NCBI GenBank assembly: GCA_010909165.1
Contig: MU008195.1
Coordinates: forward strand, 186,001 to 250,000
Reading direction: 5' to 3'
DNA length: 64,000 bases
Source: Anthoceros angustus
Lineage: Eukaryota; Plantae; Anthocerotophyta
In this document: piece after piece, positions 12,404 to 24,867 of the stretch
Position numbering within the stretch: the first letter of the stretch is position 1
Layout of the letters: every line of letters starts with the position of its first letter
Position numbers and translations under genes: made by a program
The notes under the pieces: generated by a model
Databases searched by the model: none
The model's input: only the letters and a program-made list of their open reading frames with translations
What the model was told of the DNA's origin: nothing

Positions 12404-15058
12404 TCACTTCTGGTCGGTATCCTCCATGAGCTCAGAAGCACGTTCAGGTCCTTCCGATTTATACGGTGTTATGTGATGTGTTGTTAACTGCAACGAGCCC
12501 AAGAAATCACTGTCAATCACCTCGTACCTGCCACACATGGAGAATCAAGATGAGTCACGGCACGAAAAATCCGAAATAAAAATGCGAAGGTCATTTGACG
12601 AGCGATCACCACGCAACCAAGACATTCTTACATTCTCCTGCAGAGCGTGTCAGTCAGCACAGTCATCTCTATGACCTGCCTTCGAATCTCTGTCACTTCA
12701 CTGTCACTAGTGCTGCATTCCAGGGGCACCTCAAGAAGCATAGCAAGCCGCTCCACTGTCTGTTCCAATTGCTGTTGTTGATTCTCAAAAAGGTTCTGAT
12801 TTATAATATTCTGTTCCTCAGAAATGTCATCCTTGAACAGGTCATTCCCAAACATAAAGAATGCTAGAGGAAAAGAATAAGACAAGGCTCTCCTGGCTCG
12901 AAAAAGCCTTTGCAATCCACCTGTTAGCCAGGTGTAGTCCTTGACATTGGATTCACTGGCTTCCAATTTTGTGATTTTGCTCTGAAGATCCTTACGTTTC
13001 TTATCCTCTAACTTCAGGGAAGCTACATGGCCCATCCAGTGCGAGTGGTAGTGTGTGTAGCGCTTGAGGTCCCGCTCGACTCTTGCTACCTCATTTCCTT
13101 TCTCGTCGTTGTACCCGCCACAACTGTGACCATAGATTCTGTCCACATTGTGATCCCGACCGGTTGCAGCACCGCATAACCAGCTAAGAAAGATGCAACG
13201 TCGTCAGCCTCGTGAGATAACCACTTCTGAAGAGCATAACACACATTGTGCATAGCCAGCCTACAAGGATGCAATATTCCATGACTGGACATAAACTTCT
13301 AGTGCCTAAAGACAACAGACAGATGGCATTACTGAAGCATTTCTTTTTAGCAAAAAGAGTTCCGTCTGGAGCATCCTACCAGCATGCTTAGAACTGGTGC
13401 ATCCTCAGATCATTACCCAGCACGCATATTGAAGAATGAAAGGAGGAGGAGGAAGAAATGTCTTTACCAGAAACTCTGGCCGCAGACGCAACCCACCCAG
13501 TTACAGCCACCATTCTTTTCCACAGGTTTCTTACATTTAGGACAAGCCTTAGTGAAAACTGTGATCCATTTCACAGTCTCTGACTCATCCTGGCACTTCT
13601 TGACCCATAGGTCCCACATCAGACAAGAGCATGGAGAATGTGGCTCTGCCATACAGTTGAAACAAAACTGGTGCCCACAAATGCACTCGATCTCGCAATA
13701 CGGTTCACCGTCAGCCCGAATAGCATTTCCACAATGAGGGATGCTAGGACACCACTTCACTGTTGCATTGTCTTCAATGTAAGATTCCAAGAGAAAACGC
13801 TCATAACGCTCCAATGTTTGAGTATCACTTGCACCCACTAACGGGCGCACCTTGTCCTCGTCACATATGGCAATACACCGATGTTCCATACAGGTGATAC
13901 GTCTGCTTTGACCATCCTCAATCTTCACTTTAAAATATTTTGTCCAACCTGAACAAAATGAGGCAACCAGGTGACAAGATCAACAGAGACGTCAGCCCTC
14001 CTGGAATCACATTAGCAGGCACAAAATCCAGGCTCCTCTTGCCAGTCACACTCTAATTCTCATAAATCAAGAGGTACAATCGCGCAGTGTTCAAGCTACA
14101 TCGCAATGACTGACAAGTGCTTGGTTACAAGTGTCACACACACTCATTGCAGAAGCAGTGACCACATTCCATTGTCGATGTCTCTGTGCGAGAAACCTCT
14201 TCCAGGCAAGTCCCACACCTAAAAGGTGCTGCCAAGACATCTGCTGAAGAGGAACTTGTGCGAGTTGTGTTGATCCGTGTACGTGGGGGCAGCCCAGCTT
14301 GCAGGAATAATCTTTCTTCACCATTATCTGTTAGCTTCCCAAACAAGGACTCCACGTTCCACCGATGGTGAATAAGTAGGGTGCGAGCATGGTGAGGCCT
14401 TATACCCAGCACATCAGTCACTTTCTTTAGATCAACAGTCTGCTCAGCCCACCAGACGAACAAGTGAATCCCTGGACCACTCTCCCATCGCTCCGCAAGA
14501 ATACACTCTAGAGATGGCACTTGATTGACCCTTCTGTTACGGAATAGATTAAAAAGTGGGGGAAAAACTGAAACAGCCAACAACTGTCTTGAAAAGTACC
14601 TGAGCAACAAGCAAGGAGGCTTTGGTGATGACCTGAAAGCCCGCAGCGTTGCCAATTGGTGAGTACACGGGGCTTGACGACAAGCAAAATCCCCACAACC
14701 CTCGTCATGGACAAAATAAGGTACACGAGGGTGCATGACAGACCACGCTCGCAATTTCAGGCAACTCATATCACCAGCCGCCAGTCGGAAACTAGTCGAA
14801 ATTCAAAGCTGAGTATGTACTATGGCCACAAATCAGGGTACACAAGGTCTCCCACGCGCAAACAATTCAACAAACGGGGCCATATTGTCTTTACAGTTAA
14901 CAACCTGGAAGGCACCTCACCTTGTGACAGGGATCGGACTTGGTGAATGGACCCAAGCCCTCTTCCTCTTCCTCTTCCTCTTCCTCTTCCTCATCCTCAT
15001 CCTCATCGTCAAGGGCGCTTTCTGAGTCGCTGGAGGAATCGCTCCAGTCATCGGCCAT
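12404..15058 (-). CDS. ARI: ARIADNE-family RBR E3 ubiquitin ligase (ARI1/ARI2-like), multi-exon
   Basis: ATG at 15058 with acidic N-terminus (MADDWSDSSSDSES...EEEE). Small exon VITKASLLVAQ. ARTLLIHHRWNVE; RING1 CGTC...CGHCFCNEC; IBR KWCPSIPHCG...CICGHQFCFNC; RING2 TKACPKCKKPVEKNGGCN; Ariadne domain RYTHYHSHW...ARRALSYSF. Last exon ends ...EDTDQK* at 12404. GT-AG introns. Confidence 0.95.
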
Positions 15059-18000
15059 CTGATAACAGCCGCGAGTCAGCAGAAGGCGCGCTATGGACTT
15101 CAGTCTATGGACTTCCTATGAATTCTCAGCCGATCAGTGAGAGGTACATACATATTCTGATCCTGATTGCTGTGGTAGGTAGTTTATGATCTAGCCTCGT
15201 TTCGTTTCCTCGTTTTTGGGTGCTTTCCTTTTTGGTCTTAGGGATGCAACTTTGCACATCGACAACTTTCAGTTGATATTGCTGGCAACTTAGACATATT
15301 CCTGGTCACCTCTTGATTACCTCCTGGAAAAGACAGCTCTCTGCCCATCACCACCTTGGCCCATGGAGCTCGATTGCGAATTTGTGTGACCAAGTAGCTC
15401 GAATCTGGAACTCTTGGGATCCAGCTCCGAATTCCAAACCGAGGATGAAAGCGTAAAAGCCCGGACCTTCTGTAGCCGCAGGTCAGTGAGATGGGAATGC
15501 CAGCTGGTAAGCTACATCCTGCGTCGGAAGCTGCACTCTCGTCCTGACGACGGAGGGAAGGACATCGAGCGCTGCACACCACGGTTGGAAAGGTTGTGAA
15601 CGCTTTGTGGATACCCGGTTCTCATCGGCTGTGGATGAAACAACTTATGTACGCTGTCGATTTGTGGCACCAGTTTGCTAAACGCCAGGGACATGGTGTG
15701 GCTTTGAAGGGTCGACTGGCATTGTTGAGTGAATCTGAACTGCACATGGTAGACCTCGTCGGTGGCTCCCAGTTGCATTTTTGCGAACTTCAAGCTGGTA
15801 AGTTTGCGTTCATCTAATTGTCCTGCTTTCCTCATCTGTCTCTTGGCCTGAATCTCCTCTTCACGGCAGTGAAAGAGGACGTAATTTTCTGCTTGTTTAA
15901 CTCTAAGCCCAGTATCTGTCGCCATGCATATTTGCTGTATGTTTGCTGCATAGAGTTGAGCCATACTTGAGCTGTGCGTTTGCTGCACAGAGTTGAGCTG
16001 CACTTCATATTTGTTGAATTAGAGCTATCCTGCAATCACCCGCCTTCTTGAAAAAGATGAAATTCCATTGAATTATAGCCAAATGAGGAGGAGCCTCTGG
16101 TAGTAGGGGGTCGTTTTGGGCTTCCGAGTTTCAAAAAAAGTGGTTTCCCACATTCCGAATACACAGTCTAATAACATAGGTCAGGGGGGCCCCTGGGCGA
16201 CTGGGTGCTTGGTGTTTCCCTTATGTCGTCTTCGTAACTGTCAGCACAAGCCTTCCAACAAGAGAGCTGTTCAATGACGTAATCTACCCAGCCAGCTGAT
16301 TGGCACAGCCGCAAGCATCGAATAGCACGAAACAGGTCTTTTTAACAAGCACCAACACCGTTATTCTGCCTTGAGTGCTGATGGCATGATGATGGCAGGC
16401 AGGCAAGCAAATGGCCAAAGGCAACGTGATGTGCGCTATAGCAACTCTGGCAGCAGGCCAGTGGCCGAAGAGCTCATAAAGGCCCCACGTGAACAGGGGG
16501 AACAGGGAACAGGGACCCCTCCAAATCCGGAGGGCAACTGCCAATGGCCATACTGTGGGCCTAGCTGCAGCGTGCCTGCCTGCCTGCAGCACAGCCCGGC
16601 CCCTGCTACACATCCCTGTCCTCTTCTTGTCAAGGATGTACCCAGGCTGGGCAAATGACTCATACGAGAGTCATGAGTCATGACCCTTTGGACATTGGCC
16701 CCCCCTCCCCCTGGCTGCATAAACGAACCGGGAACCTGTCAGGAAGGAGCGATGCCTTTGCTTGGCTGAAAGGCCTTTGCGTGTGGCGTCCTTCTGTCAA
16801 CGCAGGTCTCGCTGCCAGGTTGACGAGTACCACCACTGGCCCAACCCAAACGTACCATGTACCCTAACCATGTCTTGAAGGTAGAGTCCATGCGAGCTCG
16901 CCACGCCGATGATGATGGCTTCGCAAGTCCTTGATCCCTTCATGCATCGGTCCTCCCACTGCATGTGCCTGGCCAGGTCACCGACGTAAGATGCATCCTC
17001 GCCGGCCTCGTCCTCCATGTGCTAGGGCTGCAAGGAATCACGCCTTCCATACCCTCGTCGTCAAGTCTTCCATCTCCTCCCTCTTCTAAGCATCCCTCGT
17101 ACGCAGTACACTGTACTGCCACGGGTACCATCTACCACGGCCCGCTGCCCTGCGCTCCCTGCAGCAGCTTGCTTGCAAGCGACATCTTCCTTCCTTCCAT
17201 CCACCGCCTCGCCTTCCTAGGGTTTCCTGCCACCATCTCATGCCATGCCCATACAACATTCTAGCTTCCTTCCCCAACCCTAGGGTTCCCTAATCCCTAC
17301 CACCATCGCCTCCCCACAACACCGCCCTTCCCAAGCCCCCTCCCGATTCCTCCTCCCACGCCTCCACACTCTTGTGAATCTTTCCTGAATCAATTCCGGA
17401 TTCTTGACACCAAACCGGTCCCGGCATGACCATCAACAGTTCCACTCCACAGCAGACTCCAGACCCTCCAAACCGAGCTCCACGCCACAGCCACAGTATG
17501 ATCTACAGTCCCACATACATCCAAGAGCAAGAACAGGGCAGCAAGCAAGCCACATGGCTGCTCTGCTGCTCGCATCCCGATGCAGCTCGGAGCAGTGAGC
17601 TAAAAGGTGCAATAAAAGCCATGATCAGCCTGTTCCTCGAGGAGCGTGGCGCGACAATTACTGCTCTCCTCGTGGACCATTGTCGGCCGAGGCCAGGCCT
17701 GACGGCTCCAGATGCTTCATTTGCGCCAACACGCAACATCTTTGACCTGCAGGAACCTGACATCAATTCAATTTCTGGCTCTGGACGGAGTCCGGGGAGC
17801 TGGAGAAGATGATGATGAGATGAGGAGATGCCATTGCTGCAGCTCTGCACTGCACTGCCCTGCCCTGCCGCTGCCGCGGCGCTCAGCCTTCCACGCTCCG
17901 CCTGATCTCGCCTGCTCCTTCCACTTCACAAAATGCCTGCGTTCCCACTGTAGCTGGATAGTATCGGATTCGGTACAAGGATAGGGAGCCCCCGGGCGGC

Positions 18001-18266
18001 GGGCCACGCCCGGACAGACTGTAGTGCGCCAGCGGCTTCGCCATTGAAACGCGGCCTGGATTAAAAAATTCGACTCCGGGCAAATAACTGCGCCTTCAAA
18101 TAACTGCGCCTTCAAGTTCGAGTCGCGTCTCGACTCTCTTCCTTGAAACGCATATGATGTAACGCAGCCTAGGCCGGGCTGCAGCTGTGAGCTGATGAGC
18201 TGAGGCTCTCACAGCCCGATGAGCTCTCTCTCCTCCCTTTCCAGGCTGCAGACAGCGCTTGGACTC

Positions 18267-18320
18267 GAGTCGTGAGTCGTGAGTCGTGTGAGACGTGTGA
18301 GACGTGTGAGTCGTGACGTC
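18267..18320. repeat. Short GAGTCGT/GAGACGTGT simple repeat upstream of the F-box gene
   Basis: GAGTCGTGAGTCGTGAGTCGTGTGAGACGTGTGAGACGTGTGAGTCGTGAC. Confidence 0.8.
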
Positions 18321-18932
18321 TTCTCCCTCCCGACCTCTTTCTTCCCTTTTCTTCCTTCCGAGCAGCTCTGCGGATCTGCTGCGGCCCGGCCCGGCGGAAG
18401 CTCCGCCTTTCTGCATGCGTGCCGGCGAGGCTGCGCGATGCTCTGCGATGCGCGCTGGCGTGGGGATTGCGATTTCGGTGCGGCCGCGGCGGGATCTCCG
18501 GTGCCGCGCGCTTTCCTGTCTGTAATTGTGGCTCGGCTGGGATCCGTGCCGGCGGCGGCGGGGCGGCAGCCATGAAATCGCGAGCTTCTGACGGTGCGGT
18601 ACTATGTGGTGCTGAATCCGCGTGCAAGCCGCAGGGTGAGTTGTTGGAATTGCAAATGGATCGCTTTGGATCAGGCATTTCAGCTTTGCAGGTGTTGATC
18701 GTGGATTGTGCTTTTGCTTGACTGCGGAGAGGTGACGGGAGTGCGAGCATTGTTCTGTTGTGAATTCTGTGGTTGTTTGTTTGTGTATGTGTGTGTGTGT
18801 GTGTTGTTCAGGTGGAGCCTGCAATCCGATCTAAGGAGCAGGTAAGAAAGGAAGGAATTTGAGGAGGAGGAGGAAGCGGGATCGGAATCGGACTCTTGGC
18901 TGGTTTGGCAGTGCAATGCTGGTGCTGAATCC

Positions 18933-20493
18933 ATGGCTGGCCACAAGCGAGGGAGGAAGAGGAAGGCGAGTTCCTTGAGCGGGAGCGCGAGGGAGGGAGA
19001 GGCGGAATCCGCGATCCTGCCGGGCCTGCCGAACGAGGTAGCGGAGCTGTGCCTGGCGCGGCTGCCGCGAGCCTGCCTGCACCAGCTGAGAGCCGTGTCG
19101 CGGGCCTGGCGCAGCGCCATAGCTGCGCCGGGCTTCCATGAGCTGCGGGAGGAGGTTGGAGCGACGGAGGAGTGGCTGTATGTGGAGACGTGGAACAGGA
19201 AGACGCGGCGGGTGTCGTGGTACGCCTTGGACGCCACGGCGGGGAAGTGGCTGGCCGTGCCTGCCATCCCGCGGAAGCGGGGGCAGAGTCCGGAGGTGTT
19301 CGGCCGGGGATCAGCCGTGTTCCGGGGCCGCTTGCTGGTGATGGGAGGGAAGGCGGGGCGCCAGCGGCCCCACGCTCCGCGACCTCTTCATCTACTCCCC
19401 TTCGCCAACCGATGGCGGCGGGCCAGGAGCATGATCCACACCCGCCATAGCCCCTGGTGACGGTGCTGCGCGGCAAAGTGTTTGTCCTCGGCGGGTTCGA
19501 CTGCAGCAACAACCTCCTCCACGCGGCCGAGTGCTACGACTTCGCGCTGGACGAGTGGAGCAGCGTCCCTAGCCGGGAGCCCCCGCAGCTCAGCCTCGCC
19601 TCCCCTACCGCCGGCTACCACGTGGGGTGGCACCCCGGCTGGCTCACCATGTCCCTCGCCAACGACAAGTTCTACTGCTCCTACCGCGACCATGTGGATC
19701 ACCGCACCATGGTGAAGCTCTACGACCCCGGCGATGGCGCCTGGCACCCCCGCTCCAGCAAGATGAAGGCTCTGCTCAGGTCAGTTTCAGTTTGTTTGAA
19801 CTTGGCCTTCCCTTTGTTTTCAACAGGAATGAATTTCTCCGTCCTTGCTTCCTCCTTCAACCTTGACATCGTCTTTTCTCCCTTCCTTGCTTTCTGCAAT
19901 GCCTATGTCGTCAAGAATTTCCTTGTTAGGATATGCCGTCGTCCGTCCTTCCCTCCTTCCTTCTTGCTTCCTTCTTTGCTTCTGCACAGTGTCGTCACAA
20001 TTCAGGAATTGTTTCTTGCTTGGAACCTCTGTCAAGTTTATTCAAATGCTTTCGAATTCTTCTTTGTATTTGCTTTTCTGCCTTCCTTCCCTCCTGCTAT
20101 AGTGTCCTCCGCCCGATTGGCCCTCCCTTTGCGCCAATCCATGCTTTTTTGTGACACTTTCTTTTCAGGTATGGGCTGAGCACGGTCCTCATGGGGAAGC
20201 TGCACACACTGGACTGGGCAGCGGGCCGGGTGCGGGTGGCGGACGAGCAGGGCATCGGGTGGATCTACCTCCAAGGGCTGTCGTTCCGGGAGGTGCCGTG
20301 GGCGGAGATTCTGCAGGACAACCCGCGCATCGCCGGGCTGGGCAGGAAGCTGTACGTGGTGAGGAGGTACCTGCAGATCTCCATCGTGGATCTGGACGCG
20401 GCCGACGACGGTCAATCAGTGTACCGGCAGATGCCTGCCGTGCTGGGAGCCAAGGCGGAGGAGGTGATCGGCTGCCAAGTGCTGGTAGCGTAG
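18933..20493 (+). CDS. F-box/kelch-repeat protein (2 exons; intron 19780-20168; apparent 1-bp indels)
   Basis: F-box ILPGLPNEVAELCLARLPR...VSRAWR. Kelch repeats GRLLVMGG, GKVFVLGGFD...AECYDFALDEW and GRKLYVV. C-terminus CQVLVA*. Frame breaks lie in G/C homopolymers near 19355, 19398 and 19452. Confidence 0.88.
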
Positions 20494-21172
20494 AAGCAAA
20501 GCCGAGTTTACAACGACGACAGTCAGCAACCGCATATCATTGTAGGGTAGCGGAGAGTAGCGTAGCGGCGCAAGCCTTTCGCTGCCTTTCCTGGCTTCCT
20601 TGGTCTCTCTCTCTGTCTTGCCTGCTTGCTTGCTTTCTTTTAACTCTTTAGCACCTTTAGGGCACATGGCCCGAGACAGCAGCAGGCTATTCCAGCCTGC
20701 AAAGCGAAATTGTAGAGTAGCGTAACAGAGCGTTGGGCCGTAGGCCCGCAGAGTGTGCTATGTATGTAAGTAAAGCCCGTGAGACGGACAACCGCTGCCG
20801 TGCTCCGCAAGGTAACTGCCAGACTAAAACGGCAATAGCGCCAATGGCGCGCCTCGAGGCTCTGGCACGTAGCGCCGATGGATAGTGACAAGTCAACTTC
20901 TATTGTGTAACGTGTATAACATACATACATTGCCAGAAATGTATGTACAGTACGGGTGCATGTGACTGCTTTCTTGTTTTCCTATTCCGTCGCTTTCTCC
21001 GATTCTACTTCGCGCGAGGAGGAAACATGAACATGTTGCCGCCTCCGCCGTCTATGAATGAATGAATGTATGTACATGGTGTAAACAATTGTGTGGCGCT
21101 GCAGATATGGGGCATCTGGATCCGTCTTCGATCCCTTCCTTGGATCCAGTTGTTGAGTCGAGTGGGGTGTGA

Positions 21173-23369
21173 TCAAGCTGGAGGCACTCTGTCCAGTGCG
21201 GCCTCAAAGTCTTGGAGGGTGATGGTCACAAGAGCCTCCTGGTCACAGCAGTCCATGTCCAGCCGATTGTCCAGATTATCCCTCGCATCGGCTAGGAGAG
21301 GCCATACAATGCCACCGTTCATTTTCTGTCTTTGAGCCACACTGATCCTGCAGTCTAGCAGCTGTGCAAGAGCTTTTACTGTGCACAGAGGATGGAGCTT
21401 AAAGCCATACATGACGTTGCTAGGGTTGTGGTCTGCCATCTTGAGGTGGATCATTTGGGCAAGCTCTGTGGTGCCGAAGTCATCGAAGTGGAAGTATTTG
21501 GTCACTCGTCTACTGAATCCGTCATTACAGTCCAGAACTCGCTTCATGGGGGCTGGGTATCCTGCGAATATCACTACCACCCTGCCGCTGTCCATGACGC
21601 TCATAATCTCCTCCAGGGCCTCCACGCCATAGTCTTTGTCGGTGGAGTTGCCCGCCGGCATCAACCTGTATGCTTCATCCACAAGCAGGATCCCACCCTC
21701 TGCCTCCTTGATCTGCCCACACCCAACAGCCCAAAATCCCGTGCCTCAGAAACCCATGTCCCGAACCTGCTCGACTGCAACTCAGGACTGTTGGGTCTGG
21801 TAACCTACCTTTTTCTGAGTTTTGGGGCCAGTGTGCCCAACGAACTCCCCTACGAGGTCGGTTCGCTGCACCTCAACCACCTTCTCCGTTGCCAACATCC
21901 CAACCATATGCAGCAGCTTTGCTAGAAGTCTCGCCACCATCGTTTTCCCTGCACCGTCAGCAGCATGACAGGACTGTTAAGATCTGCAACCCCAGTACGG
22001 GCGGGAACGGAATCCCAGAACCAAAAGGTTGGAAGGAAGTACAGGTACCTGTGCCTGGATTGCCCAAAAACACCATGTGTGGTGGCTTTCTCGACTGGAC
22101 TACCAGTCCTAATGCTCGACGCCTTTCGTCCAACAGCAAACCCTTGGCCCACCGTCGGAGTTGAGCTTTCAGATCATGCAATCCTACGATCTTGTTGAGC
22201 TCAGCTTCCAGGTCACTTAAGTTCGCTTTGAGCCCCTTGGATGCGAGCTCTGACTTTTGCAGCATCTGCCGCTCTTGGAGTAGAACACGGAGTTTCTCAC
22301 TGCTTGGATTTTTGGGGAGGTGATCTAGTGGTGTTTTCCCCTCCTGCAATGCCATCACCGAAATGAACAAACATTAGGCTTTCGCTAATGACATATTCCG
22401 GAGTGCCGTGCAGTTCCTTGGTCAGGACCCTGACAATTTAGTTGTTTTCTTGCTTACGTTATCTCTAGCATTGACGTCCGCTTGACACTCAAGCAGAGCT
22501 TCGACCGTGCAGGTCATAGAATTCCAAGCAGCCAGGTGCAAAGGCGTCATTCCGTTCTGTAACAGCAGCACAAGGCCGGAATCAGGATCTGACGACACAC
22601 CAAGTCTTGCAAGGAGCAGCAGAATTCAACCTCTCTTCAACTTACACTGGCCTTTGCTTCTATGCAAGCATTGTATTTGAGCAGCAACTTCAGAACGTCC
22701 AGGGCGCCGTTCTTTGCTGCGAGGTGTAATGGAGTCTCCCCGTACTGACAACCACAGAATGAGACAACCCAGAAAAGAATGAGACAACCCAGAAAGAATG
22801 AGACAGCCCAGAAAAGAATGAGACAGCCCAGAAAAGAATGAGACAGCCCAGAAACGAATGAGACAACCCAGAAAGAATCCAACAACAACCCCCAACGAGA
22901 ACAATACCCAACAAGAACAAGCCCTGGCTGCCTCACCGTCGTCCTGGCCTCTAACTCGGCTTTCTCCGGAAACTCCAAGATCAGTTGTGCAACCTCCAAC
23001 TGGTTGCCTGCAGCTGCCAAGTGAAGAACCGTCTGGCCCATCTGCAGCCACAAAAAGCGTGTAAGCGACGCGAACTCACCTTCCCGACACAATTGCCCAC
23101 ACACAGCAACCTTCGCACACCACCCACCCATCGCCCACAAATTTCACACTACCGCCCACAAAATTCCCACAACCACACCAAAAACCCAACAAACCCCTCA
23201 TATCCAGACTCACAATAGGATTCCCCGCATTGACGAGAGCGGGCGTCTCCACCAGCTTGCTCCGCAATGCCCGAACATCCCCTGCCTGCGCCAGCGCATG
23301 CACGGTGGCCGCCTTGAGCCGAGGCCGCCGCAGGAAATTCTGCTGCGAGGAGGGCATCTCCACCTCCAT
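21173..23369 (-). CDS. Ankyrin-repeat CbbX/CfxQ-like AAA+ ATPase, multi-exon
   Basis: N-terminal ankyrin repeats (MGQTVLHLAA, YGETPLHLAAKNG, GMTPLHLAA, GKTPLDHL). IVGLHDLKAQLRRW; PPHMVFLGNPGTG|KT (Walker A split by an intron); VQRTDLVGEFVGHTGPKTQ; GILLVDEAYRL (Walker B); VVIFAGY. Confidence 0.93.
22756..22875. repeat. ~20-21-bp intronic minisatellite, ~6 copies
   Basis: AGAATGAGACA(A/G)CCCAGAAA(A) repeated within an intron of the AAA+ gene. Confidence 0.92.
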
Positions 23370-24384
23370 CTCCCCCCGCCCACACTGACCCCCGAAACGC
23401 CCGATCGATACAGCTCCGGATCAAGAGCTCCGGCAGCACCACCACTACGACCCACAACGAGAACGGGAGCGGGAAACGCTCAAACTACACAATGCGAGGC
23501 TCGGCCACGTCCCGGCTCCCCGAATTCGCCAGCAGGCAGCCCAAGTATGGCCAGCGTCGCACGTCTCAACGTCTTTCACGTCTCACTCGGGGCGTGTTCC
23601 TCTTTGAGCAGCGGAGCGCTGCAAGCTGGCACCTGGCCACCGCGGGCATGGCCTACCAGGCCCGGAACTTTCACGCTGCCTTTGACTGCCCGCCGATTCC
23701 GACTCCTCTCACCCGCCAGAAAACCAGTCCCCAGCTGCTGCCCCCCCTCAATGCCTTACGAAACGGGGAACCAGCCCACGTTTCACCAGATCTACCTCGG
23801 ACACCGAGTCCCTGCCCGGCATTTGGCGCGCACGCAAAATCTGTGACACCAAGAGGAAGCTCCGAAGCGCCTGCCCTTGCCTGCTACAGGCAGGCGCATT
23901 CCGAAATTCCGCTCCCGGGATCGAGCTCCACAAATCCCAGTTCAGCCGAACTACGCTGCTAACCACAAGCGCCCGGACAACAACTTCCCGCCAAGCCGAC
24001 GCGAAGCTACACCTCCGGCGTCAAAAAGTACACGGACCCGCGTTCCTTCACGGAAGCAACAGCGGCCCGAGGCGGGTCGTGACGCCCAGCTGTCCGTGTG
24101 GCCTGGCCATCATGAGCCCGGTGTGTGTCCCGCGCGAACCCGACCTGCCGCTCCAGCTGTGTTCTGGCGAAGGGACACCGGCCGCGTCCGAACATCATCA
24201 CGATTCACGCTCCACCCGCGGGGTGGATGCTGCAAGCTGGCTCGCCCGCGGCTTCCGTGCAGTGTAACGGAGTCCGTAAATTCCATGCACGATGCCTTAG
24301 CCAGGGTGCTCAAGTGGTAAGAGTTAATCGAAGGCTTTGCCGGCCAGTCCATTTCACATGCGTAACGGACAATGCTTTGTTCTT

Positions 24385-24862
24385 TCTTGATTCCATCAGG
24401 AAGATCAAAGATTGAAGACCAAGCTCTTGATTCGAGAAGAGAATGAAGATGAAGCTTTTGATTCCACCAGGAAGGGAAAACAACGGAGATGAAGCTATTG
24501 ATTTTACCAGGAAGAGAAGGGAATGACGAAGCTTTTGATTCGGGAATGACGAAGCTTTTGATTCCACCAGGAGGAAAAGAGAACGAAGATGAAACTCTTG
24601 ATTCCACCAGGAAGGGAAAACAACGGAGATGAAGCTATTGATTTTACCAGGAAGAGAAGGGAATGACGAAGCTTTTGGTTCTACCAGGAGGAAAAGAGAA
24701 CGAAGATGAAACTCTTGATTACACCAGGAAGACAACAAAATGAAGGTGCTTCGCTCATTTCTTGATTCCACCAGGAAAGGACGAGATGAAGATACTGATT
24801 CCACAAGGACGAAGAGAGGGAAGACGCATGCCAGCAAGAGAGAACGAAGATGGAAGCTTTTA
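24385..24862. repeat. Degenerate minisatellite, ~12 units of mostly 30-47 bp, immediately 3' of the VPS41 stop
   Basis: Core GAAGCT(T/A)TTGATT(C/T)(C/T)ACCAGGA separated by variable purine-rich linkers. Confidence 0.9.
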
Positions 24863-24867
24863 GCGCA

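Noticed and set aside
17640-17750. Zinc-knuckle-like peptide RCFICANTQHL
   Set aside because: A stop follows immediately, the final Cys is missing, and there is no supporting gag context.
16050-18800. miRNA, tRNA or snoRNA genes in the ARI to F-box intergenic region
   Set aside because: No conserved mature miRNA sequence, cloverleaf or box motifs could be identified by eye. An Infernal/Rfam scan would be needed.
24385-24862. CRISPR-like array (conserved core with variable linkers), or LRR/FNIP-like ORFs on the minus strand
   Set aside because: The context is eukaryotic with no cas genes. The linkers are related to each other and recur. Unit lengths are not multiples of 3, so the ORFs are by-products of the repeat.
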